From Leucoraja erinacea (lineage: Eukaryota): a stretch of DNA of 64,000 bases. The notes under the pieces were generated by a model. It was not told the origin of the DNA, did not search any database, and saw only the letters and a program-made list of their open reading frames with translations. Where the stretch lies: positions 22,382,001 through 22,446,000 of the forward strand of contig NC_073401.1 in assembly GCF_028641065.1 (NCBI RefSeq), read 5' to 3'. The first letter of the stretch is position 1, and every line of letters starts with the position of its first letter. Positions 10,340 through 25,225 of the stretch are shown here, one piece after another. The position numbers and the translations under genes were made by a program.

Positions 10340-12950
10340 CTATCGCTAGCTAGCTCATTCTCCTTCAAATGGGAGTAAATCTCGATGAATTATCTCCAAT
10401 AGTTTCCTACCACTGACGTGCGTCTCACCGGCCTCTATTTCCCTGGATTCCTCTTACGTCTCAATCAACAAAGGAACAACTGGTCATTTCCCAGTCCTCT
10501 ATATGCTCGCCTCTGGCAATAGAAGAAGCAAATATTCTCAAGACCCCTGGAATCACCTCTCGCCTCCCTCAATAAACTGTGATAGATACCAACGGGTGCA
10601 GGGGACCTATCCAACTCAATGTTCCTCAAAAGCCCCACTGCCGCTCTTTTCAACCTCAAGCCCCAGCATATGTGCCCTAGCATATTAGTTTTCTCCACAC
10701 TGATCTCACCGTCATCCACGTCTTTCTCCTTGGTGAATACAGATGCAGAACGCACTCGTTTAACAATTCCGCTACATCCTTTATCCTTGATCAGACCTAC
10801 CGTATCCTTACACCCTTCTTGTTTTTTAACATATGCATAAAAATCCGCAGTATTTTCCTTAACTCAACAAATCAGTTACATTTCGTGACCAGTTTGGCCC
10901 GACTAATCACCCAGTTGAGCTATTTGCTACTCATCATTCCTCACAATCCCCGTATGATGGCACTTTGTTAAATCTGACATACGCTTCCGTTTTGTTTCTG
11001 AAAAGGTGTATAACCTCCGTGGTCATTCACGGATCCCTTACCATGCCATCGTTATCCATCCGCCTTACTGGAACGTGCTGATCCTGTACTTGGTTAAATA
11101 ACTCCCATATATTAGTTGTGGACATACTCAATAACAACTGCAACCAAGCTCCTGCCTAATGACATCTTAATCTGTTTTGCTTCTGCCAACATCCACACCA
11201 AATCTTTATTCAAACCTTATACAAAACCTTGTAATGTTGAGGTCACTATCCCCAAGTGCTCTTCCAGCATACCACCAGTCACGTGGCCAAGCACATTTCC
11301 CAACACAAGCTCCAGTATCGTCCCTCCTGGATTCAGACTATCCATACACCGTTTAAGGCAAATTTCTTGGATATACTTCATAAATTCTCATTTAACCCCC
11401 TTGCACTGAACAAAATACAGTCAATATTGGGGAGGTTAACGATACCCACTACAGCAACACTGTAGTTCATGCATCTGTATGCAGATCCGATCCATCTATT
11501 AGATTCGATGAGATTAGATTAGACCTAATCTAATAGATGGACGGATGGATCTCCCGCTGATTATTGGGTGTCCCATAATATAATCCCATTAGAGAGACTG
11601 GTCCTTTCTTATTTTTAAGCACAACCCACATGTCTCAATAGATGTACCCTCCACTACGTCCCCTCTGAGTTCCGCCATCCCAGATATCGAAGCCCTGATA
11701 CATGTCTCTCCCATAAGAAGGTTTTCATAATGGCCACGACATTATTATTCCAAGCACTGATCTCGCCTATCTACGTTCATTTAACTTCATCCACAATACT
11801 CCTTGCATTGAAGTAAACATGTCATCCCTTAATTGCCCCATAATCATGAACCAATCCCTGCCCATCTTTCCTTTGAGACTTACTTGTTATAACCTCCACT
11901 TTCCCATAATCCTTCCCACTTGCAGACTTGCTTCTTTCGTTCCCATTCTCTGTCCATTGTAACTTAAATTCTCCAGATTAGTACAAGCAACCTTCACTGA
12001 AAAGATTTTGGAGCTCCTTCAGTTCAAATGCAACGTGTCCCTCTTGTGCAGGTTGCCTTTGCGATAACAGAAATCTCAATGGTCTACGATTCGAATCATT
12101 TCCCCTGCACCAACCCCTCAGCCATGCATTCATCTGTCCCATCCTCCTATTGCTACACTCAATAACACCTGGCGACTGTAGTAATCTAGAGATGGTAATT
12201 TAAACCTTTTAGCTAATTCCCATTAGACACTCCGCAGGACCTCATTGCTCTTCGGTATATTTTGCTGATCTACTTATATTCACCCCAGAGGACCCCATCC
12301 ATTTTCCTAACTCTTTTCCCATCTCTTTATACTGACTCTATAGGACCTCATCCAGTTTCCTACATATCATTTGTGCGGACATGCACAACGACTTCTGTCT
12401 GTTCACCCACCAGGTCGAAAATGCTCTGCATTCGTTCCAGGACATTCTAGATCCTTGCACCAGAGAGGCAACAGTCCGTCCATGAGGCCTACTTGCTCCT
12501 GTCTGTCCCCCGCACTAATGTGGTTTATCACAATCACTGCCTGACTTCACACCGCTGCACATCAGAGACAGGCCCAGTGCCACAGACCTGACTACTGCTG
12601 CTGTCCCCTGAACGGTTACCCCCTCAACTGTTGCAAACGAACATAGCTGTTTTGCAGGGGGAAGCCTACAGGGCACTCCTGAACCCTCTGCCTACTCCCT
12701 TTGCTGCTGGTCACTCTTCTATTCTTTGTCCGCACCACACGTGTGAGCACCTCACTATGACTTCTAACTATGACTTGCTCACTCTCTGGACGAAGACGAG
12801 GTCATCCAATTGGAACTGCAGATCACTAACAGGGTCTTTCAGGAGCTGCACCTGGACACACCTCATGCAGATGTAATGTTCAGAGACGCTACGTCTTCTT
12901 CAGTTCCAACATCCCACAGGCTGAGCACACTAGCCTCCATCTCTATGACA
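10340..12950 (-). mobile_element. Decayed CR1-type LINE, 5' half (ORF1 and endonuclease/linker region)
   Basis: Minus-strand remnants ASVFTKEKD and DRSPAPVGIY..LLREAR; ILELVLGN..EHLG in the paralogous spacers; boundaries approximate. Confidence 0.7.
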
Positions 12951-14724
12951 CCAAGACCAGGTTGTGCTGCAAAGCAAACATAAAGTGACAGAACAAACCG
13001 TAACCTAAGGTAACCCTCACAGGAGTCTCTTGAGCTTAAGCCTCAATAAACCAATCTTACTATATATGGCCGCTCCACTTATGTTTACCTTCATTTTATT
13101 TGCAATAGTTATTTAACCAAATAACCAAGTGTGACACTTGCCCGCAAATAACGATATAGAAGGTGAACCAATATTCAAATAAGCATAACTCTGTCCGTTT
13201 GTAATGCAATGTAATTGCAATGTATTTAGTATACGCAAACAGTGCCTTCGTAATTCATTGTTACTTGCAGCGAGTGAACATATAGAATGTGGCAAGTGTC
13301 AAATAAAGCGGATTATTTTGCTGTGAATTAAGTTAATTTACTTGATTGCTGTCGGAGCTGCACACATCAAGGTAAGCTGAAAGCATTTCAGAAATACTAA
13401 GCAGTATTAAAAAAAATCGGAAACAAAGCTTGAGACATTGATGCCTCTGCTTGGCTTGTTTACAAGTCACCGATCTGAGGACTTTATAGGGCACTGTTCG
13501 GGCACATTCGTGGAAAGGACCGCTCTCTTTTGATTAATTGTCAGCCGAATTGTAAGAGGCCAAATGAGAAAATATTGATATTTGTCGGTTCTTTAGGCTG
13601 TATTTTCTTGTTGATATGCTTTAGCATTGATTCACACGGTGCTGTAGCAACCCACAATATGAAAAGAGGCTTTCGCTATAAATAGAGCGATTGGTTCGCA
13701 GTAAGAAATGTGCGCGCGTCATATCAAGCAACGCTGTTCACATCTAAATATAATTCCATATATCGAATGAAGGTTGACAGAATCTATACCATGGCAATCC
13801 AAACACCTACAGACTCACTTCACTTTTTTAACCGATAAAGCTACCTTGGCGATGAAATATATTTTTCAATTTCCTTCTCAATTGCACGTGCAATGTCAGT
13901 GAACCTGAACTAACCTTGGGTGCTACGAGCAAACATGGTTTCCAAAAATAACTCAAAAATCTTTGCATTGGTTTTGGCAGTGACTTGCGTAGGCAGTAAG
14001 TTGGCCAGAACTGGCACCGAGATTTAAAAAATCATAAATAATTTGCAGTCAATTGCAAATTCGCTTTCAAACATCTCTTAGTCGCTATCTTCATCATAAT
14101 ATTCGCCAGTATCAAATACAATGTGCAATTAAAGGGATGAAGGAACAAGTCCCGCGCAGTAGGATGGCACAGTGAGATCAGATTCATCAGTACTGGAATG
14201 ATGAGTTACCTCCATGAATATAATTTATTTTAACACACACTCTCTGCAACCACACAGAAAAGGATTCAAACTAAATGCAAAACCAGAATTGAATGTCCCG
14301 TTTCAAATAACCCAACATCTCCAGTTGTAGGAAGGAACTGCAGATGCTGGTTTACACCGAAGATAAGCACATTGCTGGATTTAAAGTGGAATAGGTGACG
14401 TTTCGGGTAACGACCCTTCTTCATACTGAGAGTCACGGGAGAGGGAAACTAGAGATATTAAAACAAAATATCTTACGTGCTTGGAAATATATTAAATTGT
14501 ACCGAGATACATAATTGGAAACTAAATCCTTATCTACCTAACATTTCGGAAATAATTTGACATAGGAACAATCTGGCAACATTTGATTGGCGCAGCGTCC
14601 ATTCTGATTAGAGTGTTTTGCATAATTAGTGAAGGCAGTGACGCCTCGCAACAGGGTTCATAAGCGACCTGGAGAGACACCTGATCAACCACTTCATCTG
14701 GCGCCCTCCACCAAAATAATTGCA

Positions 14725-14773
14725 ATGTCTTGCTGGATGTCACTGGTTTGTGCGTTAGCATTTTCCGCAGCAT
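14725..14773 (+). CDS. IgL cluster 2 leader exon (MSCWMSLVCALAFSAA)
   Basis: ATG, signal peptide, T|GTGAGT donor. Confidence 0.93.
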
Positions 14774-14897
14774 GTGAGTAATTTGCCTCCAAAGTTATTT
14801 ATTCTGGAGTGCGATTAAACGTTTAGATAGCTGACACTTCTGCTGTTTCGCTAATATCTTGGTTAATGTTGTACTTTTTTTCTGGTTTGTTTTCCAG

Positions 14898-15242
14898 GCA
14901 TAAATGCGCAAATTACACTAAATCAGCCGCCTTCAAAATCCACGTCTCCGGGGCAAAACGTGCAAATATCCTGTATCATGACTGGTGGCAGTTTAAGTAC
15001 CAACACTGTTTCCTGGTACCAGCAGATTCCCGGAGCGGTTCCGCGGTTTCTGTTCTACTATTACTCGGGCGGCAGCATTGTTAGAGGTTCGGGAGTTTCT
15101 GACCGTTTCGCGGGATCAGTGTCAGGCAACACTGCAACATTGACAATAGCGAATGTGCAGTTGGCGGACGCTGCGGACTATTACTGTGGTGTGTGGATAA
15201 ATCCTTTCATCTTCGGCAAAGGAACGAGGCTGGGTATTGGCG
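14898..15242 (+). CDS. IGLV: IgL cluster 2 germline-joined VJ exon
   Basis: In frame from acceptor: QITLNQPP..CIMTGGSLSTNTVSWYQQ..YYC-GVWINPFI-FGKG; G|GTAAGT. Confidence 0.97.
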
Positions 15243-17173
15243 GTAAGTAAACTATCTTCTACCTATGGGTTATTGATACTGCTGTGAAAAATAATTAGTT
15301 TTTTGTCGCTAATTGATGTTTCCAATTAAAGGCTTTTAAAGCTGATTTTTTAAATAATACGCGACCAAGATCGAATCTCCTTTGGCAAATTGGTTGACAA
15401 CAGCAATGAAAGGACGAAATGACTGTCCATCTGTTTTTTTTACTCTTAATTACTATTCGGACGATGAACTAACATTGACCAAGCCAGGGTACTAAGAAAA
15501 CCGACCATATGGAAACGGGAATTAACATTAGAGTGACAAGGAACTGCAGATGCTGATTTGCAAAATAAAACCCCCGAAAAAAGCAGAGGAGTGCCTCAGT
15601 GGGTCAGGCAGCATCTCTGGTGAACATAGATTGGCGATGACCCGAAACGCCTCATTCATCTTCTCCAGAGAAGCTCCCGAATCCATCACGTTGTGCATCT
15701 TTCGGGAAATTATTTCTTGCCTTTAATGGCGCCTAGAATTCTAATGGAAAACGCACCTTCAATAATAGCTCATTTTCTGTTGATATTCCATCACGAAATG
15801 TGAAATGTGGGGATTCTGCGGATCACTAGACCATGATAGACTTTTCCCAACATCGTGAACATGGAGAAATGTGGATTCTTGAAAATTATTGGTTCTCATC
15901 CAAAAATCGGCACGGTGGCGCAGCGGTTTAGCGCTGTAACCCAGTTGGTTCCATCCCAACTACGGATGCTGTCTGCACGGAGTTTGTTCGTTCTTCCCGT
16001 TACTGCATGTGGTACAAATAAATTAAATCCTATTTCGAGAGGACTAGCTGCCACATTTATCCTTGTCCTCTTTCATGCTTTTAAAACTGCTTAAATATTG
16101 CTTGTATACTTCTTTTGTAAGTGCTGAAGATTGTCATGGTCAATATTTAGCCGGGATAAACATCGGACGCAAACAATAACGCGGTGCGAGGTGTAGTGCA
16201 GCGACATTGGATTTGAAATCATCCATCGTTATGAATATATGGTGTTGTTTTTTAACTTTTATGCTTTCAAATGTTTGTTTAATTGTGTCTCCCGGACATA
16301 TTCAAAGTCAATGTCTGCTGCCAATGATTTACTGCTAATGCGATATTGAATTCATTTCGTGATTTTGAAATTCCGGTACCTATGAGTTTTGTTGCCAGAT
16401 GTAATTGTCATTACACTTAGAGCATGCGGATTCTGGAATCAATGGGACAGCGATTATTTCAATTTTACACGAAAAATAACTGAAAATGTGAAAGCAATTT
16501 GCGCATTGAATTTCCCAACCATATCAGTAATCAGCAAGTCATTACAGTCGATTTACTCCTTTTGCCATTGAGTGTACGGAGTGAGATTCGATGATCAAAT
16601 TCAGAAATTGAGCTAATTTTTTACTTCATAAAGAAGACACAACATAAACGTAAACCATGTCCAAAATCAATTAAAATATGCGGGAACTAGTCTATGCATC
16701 GATGGGTTAAATGGCAAATTATTCGTGTCTCTTTTTATCGAATCCTTCATGACACTTCGTTCTTTGGCCTTAATAAATGAAAGTATCCAAATAAGACATG
16801 TTTTAAGCGAGTTCAGTTGAAATTGGCACAATAGTTCCATAATTTATTAAATCCTGCAAATGGCTGTCGGGTCCAACACACGATTTTTATTTCAACTGGG
16901 GCCAATGGAAATAATACTCTGGAGATCAATTAAAAACACTGACGAAATAATTTATGTTTAACCACAAAATAGAACGTATCCCATTGTCATAAATACCAAT
17001 TAATCTTCGGCGATCACACCTGGAAAATATCTCACGTGCGCAATTGAACAATTTGAAACAAGTAGACGAAAAATGTTTATTCATTAAAATGAATGGATCC
17101 ATGGTATTTTTAATTATGTTTTAACCAAAGCAGTTCTTCAACCTCCACTAATCTGTGATATTATTTTAAACAG

Positions 17174-17496
17174 CACCTCGCGCCCCCGCAATGTCCGTCC
17201 TCGGACCTTCAGCGGAAGAAATCAAGGGAAAGGGCACGGCCACACTGCTGTGTTTGGTGAGCGGGTTTAATCCGGGTGCAGTGGACATTGAGTGGACCGT
17301 GGAAGGCAGTACGAGAAGTGACGGCGTTAAGACCAGCCCAATCCAGCAGGAGAAGGACAACACGTTCAGTGCGAGCAGTTACCTGACTCTGCCAGTCACA
17401 GTCTGGAACTCAAACAATCTTTACTCTTGTGTGGTTAAACACGAAACCCAGGCAATCCCGTTTGAGGCAGACATCACCAGAACCGGCTGTATCTAA
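17174..17496 (+). CDS. IGLC: IgL cluster 2 constant exon
   Basis: C1-set domain, intact, ends TGCI*. Confidence 0.97.
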
Positions 17497-18080
17497 AACT
17501 CCTCAATTCCACCTAATGGAGCTGAAGTGATATATTTTGATCATTCTTTCTTTCTATATTTGTGACAAATTGGTCTGGGCATATTGTTTGTTTTTCGACC
17601 AGTCTTTGCGTTTAAAGTCGTCGTTTGTCTTGCCGATTGTGAACGCCATTCTATTAAAGCAATCAAATTGTTAATTGAACCTCCTATGTTATTCAATCTC
17701 AGCTGATGCATCTTCAAATATTCATTAATATTCAGTGGTCTGAAGGTTGTATTCTGGATGTTTGCTTACTGCTATCATAAATTCAAACACGACTGTCAAA
17801 TAAAATCAATAGTCCATTATTAAGAGCAATACATTTCCGTGACTATTATTTATGGTTTTTGACCTAATAGACGAAACAGCGATTTAGGTTGTCGAAAGTT
17901 ATATAAAACCGGTGACTTTAAGTTGGTTCACTTTAACCAGCGCTCGCCCATAGGTAGCAGAAACACACACACAAACACGTCCATATGGAATCTCATTCGA
18001 GTGAGGGCGGCTGAACATCATATACCGGCCTACTAATCAATTAGGAATCTATGTCGAACATGATGCTAAAACTAAAGAAA

Positions 18081-19859
18081 CATCTCCGACACCTCCCTCC
18101 CCTTTCCTGATCTCAATCTCTATGACAGGAGAGAGAATTATTTGGATGAGGGAATTAAATGCAAAATCTCCAGGTTTGCGGATGACACGAAGCTGGGGGG
18201 CAGTGTTAGCTGTGAGGAGGATGCTAGGAGGCTGCAAGGTGACTTGGATAGGTTGGGTGAGTGGGCAAATGCATGGCAGATGCAGTATAATGTGGATAAA
18301 TGTGAGGTTATCCACTTTGGTGGCAAAACAGGAAAGTAAACTAGTCCATTATTAAGAGCAATACATTTTCGTGACTATTATTTCTGATTCGGAAGCAGTC
18401 AAATGTATGAAATCAAGATTTATGGGAAAAGGGGAGATGCAACGAGATCTGGGTGTCATGGTACACCAGTCATTGAAAGTAGGAATACAGGTGCAGCAGG
18501 CAGCGAAGAAAGCAAATGGTATGTTAGCATTCATAGCAAAAGGATTTGAGTATAAGAGCAGGGAGGTTCTACTGCAGTTGTACGGGGTCTTGGTGAGACC
18601 ACACCTGGAGTATCGCGTACAGTATTGGTCTCCTAATCTGAGGAAAGACATTCTTGCCATAGAGGGAGTACAGAGAAGGCTCACCAGACTAATTCCTGGG
18701 ATGGCAGGACTTTCACATGAAGAAAGACTGGATAGACTCGGCTTGTACACGCTGGAATTTAGAAGATTGAGGGGGGATCTTATAGAAACTTACAAAATTC
18801 TTAAGGGGTTGGACAAGCATGATGCAGGAAGATTATTCCCGATGTTGGAGAAGTCCAGAACTAGGGGTCACAGTTTAAGGATAAGAGGGAAGTATTTTAG
18901 GACCGAGATGAGAAAATCATTTTTTACACGGAGAGTGCCGAATCTGTGGAATTCTCTGCCACAAAAGGTAGTTGAGGCCAGTTCAATGGCTATATTGAGG
19001 GAGTTAGATGTAGCTCTAGGGACTAAAGACATCAGGGGGGTATGGAGAGAAGGCAGGGATGGGATACTGAGATGGATTATAAGCCATGATCATAATGAAT
19101 GGCGGTGCAGGTTCGTAGGGCCGAATGGCCTACTCCTGCACCTATTTTCTATGTTTCTATGTTTCTATGAGATAGACCACCGACTGACGTGTATTACAAA
19201 CCCACTGACTCCCACAACTATCTCGGCTACACTACTTCCCACCCGGCTTCCTGCAAAGACTATCCCTCACTCCCAATTCGTCCGTCTGCACCGCATCTGC
19301 GCACAAGGTGAGGTGTTCCATACATGGACATCCGAGATGTCCTCATTCTTTAGTGAACGGGAGTCCCCTTCCCCATCATAGATGATGCCCTCACTCGTGT
19401 CTCCTCAGTACCCGCAGCTCCGCCCTTGTTCCCCTTCCCCCCAGTCGCAACAGAGACAGAGTTCCCCTGGTCCTTAAATTTGACCCCATCAGACGTCGCA
19501 TACACCACATAATCCTCCAACATTTTCGCCACCTCCAATGGGATCCCGACACTAGTCACATCTTTCCATCTCCACCCTTTTCCGCCTTCCGCAGAGATCC
19601 TCAGCAACTCCCTGGGTAACACATTCCTTCCCATCCAAATCACCGTCTCCTCCATTGCCAGAGTGAGGCGAAATGCAAATTGGAGGAACAGCATCTCATA
19701 TTCGCTGGGCAGCCTACAGCCAAGTGGAATGAATGTTGATTTAAGTAACATCAAGTAATCCTGACATTCCCTCTCTCTCTATCCCTCCCCCACCCAAGTC
19801 ACACCAGCTCCTCGTCTTCGCCCAATGATCAGCTAACAACGGGCTTAAGAAGGAGAGAC
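18081..19859 (+). mobile_element. PLE remnant with nested CR1 (18133-19168); copy of 7387-9165
   Basis: Near-identical to spacer 1. Confidence 0.88.
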
Positions 19860-19952
19860 AAATCAACCATGATTGAATGGTGGGTTGAAGATGGGTCGTG
19901 GCGTAATTCTACTATTCCTTACGACCTTATGACCTTATCACTGGTCCGCGCG

Positions 19953-20995
19953 GTAGGGATTAACGGGCCCCTTTCAGGCTGGCAGGAAGTGACGAGTGGG
20001 GTGCCGCGAGGCTCGGTGCTGGGACCGCAGCTATTTACAACATATGGTAATGATTTAGATGGAGGGATTAAAAGTAACATTAGCAAATTGCAGATGATAC
20101 AAAGCTGGGTGGCAGTGTGAAATGTGAAGTGGATGTTCTGAGAATGCAGCGTGACGTGGCCAGGTTGGGTGAGTGGGCAGATGCATGGCAGATGCGGTTT
20201 AATGTGAATAAATGTGAGGTTACCCAATTAGGTAGCAAAAACAGAAAGAAAGATTATTATGTAAATGGTGTCAATTTGGGAAAAGGGGAAGTACTACGGG
20301 ATCTGGGGGTCTTTGTTCATCAATCAATGAAAGCAAGCATGCAGGTACAGAAGGCAGTGAAGGAAGCGAATGGCATGGTGGCCTGCATAACAAGAGGAGT
20401 TGAGTAAAGGAGCAAAGATTTCCTTCTGCAGTTGTACAAGGCTGTAGTGAGACCACACCTGGAGGATTGTGTGCAGTTTTGATCTTCAAATTTGAGGAAG
20501 GACATTCTTGTTATTGAGGGAGTGCAGCGTAGGCTCACAAGGTTAATTCCAGGGATGGCGCGACTGTCATCTGCTGAGAGAATGGAGCGGCTGGGCTTGT
20601 CGACTCTGGAATTTAGAAGGATGAGAGGGGATCTTATTGACACATATAGGATTATTAAAGGTTTGCACACGCTAGAGGCAGGAAATATGTTCCCGATGTT
20701 GGGGGAGTCCAGAACCAGGGGTCACAGCAATTTAGAACGGAGATGGGGAAACACTTTTTCACACTGAGAGTTGCGAGTCTGTGGAATTCTCTGCCTCAGG
20801 TGGAGGCCGCTTCTCTGGAAACTTTCAAGAAATTGCTCGAAAGGGCTCTTGAAAATAGCGGAGTCAGGGGGGGATATGGGGAGAAGGCAGGAACAGGGTA
20901 CTGATTGTGGATGATCATCCATGATCACATTGAATGGCCGTGCTGGCTTGAAGGGCTGTGTGGCCTACGCCTGCACCTATTGTCTATTGTCTATT
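19953..20995 (+). mobile_element. 5'-truncated CR1-type LINE; copy of 9259-10327
   Basis: Same RT motifs and tail. Confidence 0.88.
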
Positions 20996-21004
20996 ACACA
21001 GCCA

Positions 21005-23625
21005 TGCCTATCGCTAACTAACTCATTCTCCTTCAAATGGGAGTAAATCTCAATGAATTATCTCCAATAGTTTCCTACCACTGACGTGCGTCTCACCGGC
21101 CTCTATTACCCTGGATTCTTTCTACGTCTCAATCAACAAAGGAACAACTGGCCATTTCCCAGTCCTCTATATGCTCGCCTCTGGCAAGAGAAGAAGCAAA
21201 TATTCTCAAGACCCCTGGAATCACCTCTCGCCTCCCTCAATAAACTGGGATAGATACCAACGGGTGCAGGGGACCTATCCAACTCAATGTTCCTCAAAAG
21301 CCTCACTGCCGCTCTTTTCAACCTCAAGCCCCAGCATATGTGCCCTAGCATATTAGTTTTCTCCACACTGATCTCACCGTCATCCACGTCTTTCTCCTTG
21401 GTGAATACAGATGCAGAACGCACTCGTTTAACAATTCCGCTACATCCTTTATCCTTGATCAGACCTACCGTATCCTTACACCTTTCTTGTTTTTTTAAAA
21501 TATGTATAAAAATCCGCAGTATTTTCCTTAACTCAACAAATCAGTTACATTTCGTGACCAGTTTGGCCCGACTAATCACCCAGTTGAGCTCTTTGCTACT
21601 CATCATTCCTCACAATCCCCGTATGATGGCACTTTGTTAAATCTGACATACGCTTCCGTTTTGTTTCTGAAAATGTGTATAACCTCCGTGGTCATTCACG
21701 GATCCCTTACCATGCCATCGTTATCCATCCTCCTTACTGGAACGTGCTGATCCTGTACTTGGTTAAATAACTCCCATATATTAGTTGTGGACATACTCAA
21801 TAACAACTGCAACCAAGCTCTTGCCTAATGACATCTTAATCTGTTTTGCTTTTGCCAACATCCACACCAAATCTTTATTCAAACCTTATTCAAAACCTTG
21901 TAATGTTGAGGTCACTATCCCCAAGTGCTCTTCCAGCATACCACCAGTCACGTGGCCAAGCACATTTCCCAACACAAGCTCCAATATCGTCCCTCCTGGA
22001 TTCAGACTATCCATACACCGTTTAAGGCATATTTCTTGGATATACTTCATAAATTCTGTCTCATTTAACCCCCTTGCACTGAACAAAATACAGTCAATAT
22101 TGGGGAAGTTAACGATACCCACTACAGCAACACTGTAGTTCATGCATCTGTGTGCATATCCGATCCATCTATTAGATTCGATGAGATTAGATTAGATCTA
22201 ATCTAATAGATGGACGGATGGATCTCCCGTTGATTATTGGGTGCCCCATAATATAATCCCATTAGAGAGACTGGTCTTTTCTTATTTTTAAGCACAACCC
22301 ACATGTCTCAATAGATGTACCTTCCACTACGTCCCCTCTGAGTTCCGCCATCCCAAATATCGAAGCCCTGATACATGTCTCTCCCACAAGCAGGTTTTCA
22401 TAATGGCCACGACATTATTATTCCAAGCACTGATATCGACTATCTACGTTCATTTAACTTCATCCACAATACTCCTTCCATTGAAGTAAACATGTCATCC
22501 CTTAATTGCCCCATAATCATGAACCAATCCCTGCCCATCTTTCCTTTGAGACTTCCGTTTTATAACCTCCACTTTCCCATCATCCTTCCCACTTGCAGGC
22601 TTGCTCCTTTCGTTCCCATTCTCTGTCCATTGTAGCTTAAATTCTCCAGATTAGTATGAGCAAACTTCACTGAAAGGATTCTGGAGCCCCTTCAGTTCAA
22701 ATGCAACGTGTCCCTCTTGTGCAGGTTGCCTTTGCGATAACAGAAATCTCAATGGTCTACAATTCGAAACATTTCCCCTGCACCAACCCCTCAGCCATGC
22801 ATTCATCTGTCCCATCCTCCTATTGCTACACTCAATAACACGTGGCGACTGTAGTAATCTAGAGATGGTAATTTAAACCTTTTTAGCTAATTCCCATTAG
22901 ACACTCCGCAGGACCTCATTGCTCTTCGGTATATTTTGCTGATCTACTTATATCCACCTCAGAGGACCCCATCCATTTTCCTAACTCTTTTCCCATCTCT
23001 TTATACTGACTCTATAGGACCTCATCCAGTTTCCTACATATCATTTGTGCGGACATGCACAGCGACTTCTGTCTGTTCACCCACCAGGTCGAAAATGCTC
23101 TGCAGTCGTTCCAGGACATTCTAGATCCTTGCACCAGAGAGGCAACAGTCCGTCCATGAGGCCTACTTGCTCCTGTCTGTCTCCCGCACTAATGTGGTTT
23201 ATCACAATCACTGCCTGACTTCACACCGCTGCACATCAGAGACAGGCCCAGTGCCACAGAGCTGACTACTGCTGCTGTCCCCTGAACGGTTACCCCCTCA
23301 ACTGTTGCAAACGAACATAGCTGTTTTGCAGGGAAAGCCTACAGGGAAGTCCTGAACCCTCTGCCTACTCCCTTTGCTGCTGGTCACTCTTCTATTATTT
23401 GTCCGCACCACACGTGCGAGCACCTCACTATGACTTCTAACTATGACTTGCTCACTCTCTGGACGAACACGAGGTCATCCAATTGCAACTGCAGATCACT
23501 AATAGGGTCTTTCAGGAGCTGCACCTCGACACACCTCCTGCAGATGTAATGTTCAGAGACGCTACGTCTTCTTCAGTTCCAACATCCCACAGGCTGAGCA
23601 CACAAGCCTCCATCTCTATGACACC
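21005..23625 (-). mobile_element. Decayed CR1-type LINE; copy of 10340-12950
   Basis: Paralogous sequence; ORF 21886..22143 has ILELVLGN..EHLG. Confidence 0.7.
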
Positions 23626-25225
23626 AAGACCAGGTTGTGCTGCAAAGCAAACATAAAGTGACAGAACAAACCGTATCCTAAGGTAACCCTCACAGGAGCC
23701 TCTTGAGCTTAAGCCTCAATAAACCAATCTTACTATATATGGCCGCTCCACTTATGTTTACCTTCATTTTATTGGCAATAGTTATTTAGCCAAATAACCA
23801 AGTGTGACACTTGCCCGCAAATAACGATAGAGAAGGTGAACCAATATTCAAATAAGCATAACTCTGTCCGTTTGTAATGCAATGTAATTGCAATGTATTT
23901 AGTATACGCAAACAGTGTCTTCGTAATTCATTGTTACTTGCAGCGAGTGAACATATAGAATGTGGCAAGTGTCAAATAAAGCGGATTATTTTGCTGTGAA
24001 TTAAGTTCAATTACTTGATTGCTGTCGGAGCTGCACACATCTAGGTAAACTGAAAGCATTTCAGAAATACTAAGCAGTATTAAAAGAAATCGGAAACAAA
24101 GCTTGAGACAGTGATGCCTCTGTTTGGCTTGTTTACAAGTCACCGATCTGAGGACTTCATAGTTTTCACTGTACGGGCACATTCGTGGAAAGGACCGCTC
24201 TCTTTTGATTGATTGTCAGCCGAATTGTAAGAGTCCAAATAAGAAAATGCTGATATTTATCTGTTCTTTAGGCAGTATTTTCTTGTTGATATGCTTTAGC
24301 ATTGATTCACACGGTGCTGTAGCAATCCACAATATGAAAAGAGGCTTTCGCTATAAATAGAGCGATTGGTTCGCAGTAAGAAATGTGCGCACGTCATATC
24401 AAGCAACGCTGTTCACATCTAAATATAATTCCATATATCGAATGAAGGTTGACAGAATTCATACCATGGCAATCCAAACACCTACAGACTCACTTCACCG
24501 TTTTAACGGATAAAGCTACCTTGGCGATGAAATATATTTTTCAATTCCTTCTCAATTTCACGAGCAGTGTCAGTGAACCTGAACTAACCTTGGGTGCTAC
24601 GAGCAAACCATGGTTTCCAAAAATAACTCAAAACTATTTGCATTGGTTTTGACAGTGACTTGCGTAGATGGCACAGTGAGATCAGATTAATCAGCACTGA
24701 AAACGATAAATTACCTCCATGAATATAATTTATTTTAACACACACTCTCTGCAACCACACAGAAAAGGATTCAAACTGAATGCAAAACCAGAATTGAATG
24801 TCCCGTTTCAAATAACCCAACATCTCCAGTTCTAGGAAGGAACTGCAGATGCTCGTTTACACCGAAGATAAGCACACATTGCTGGATTTAAGATGGAATA
24901 TGTGACGTTTCGGTTTGCGACCCTTCTTCATACTGAGAGGAGAGGGAAACTAGAGATATTAAAACAGAATATCTTACGTGCTTGGAAATATATTAAATTG
25001 TACCGAGATACATAATTGGAAACTAAATCCTTATCTACCTAACATTTCGGAAATAATTTGACATAGGAACAATCTGGCAACATTTGATTGGCGCAGCGTC
25101 CATTCTGATTAGAGTGTTTTGCATAATTAGTGAAGGCAGTGACGCCTCGCAACAGGGTTCATAAGCGACCTGGAGAGACACCTGATCAACCACTTCATCT
25201 GGCGCCCTCCACCAAAATAATTGCA

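Noticed and set aside
14866-15084. Apparent frameshift in clusters 2, 3, 5 and 6 because ORF-track proteins start at MQISC/MEIAC
   Set aside because: The ORF caller started at an internal GTG; reading from the splice acceptor gives uninterrupted V frames.
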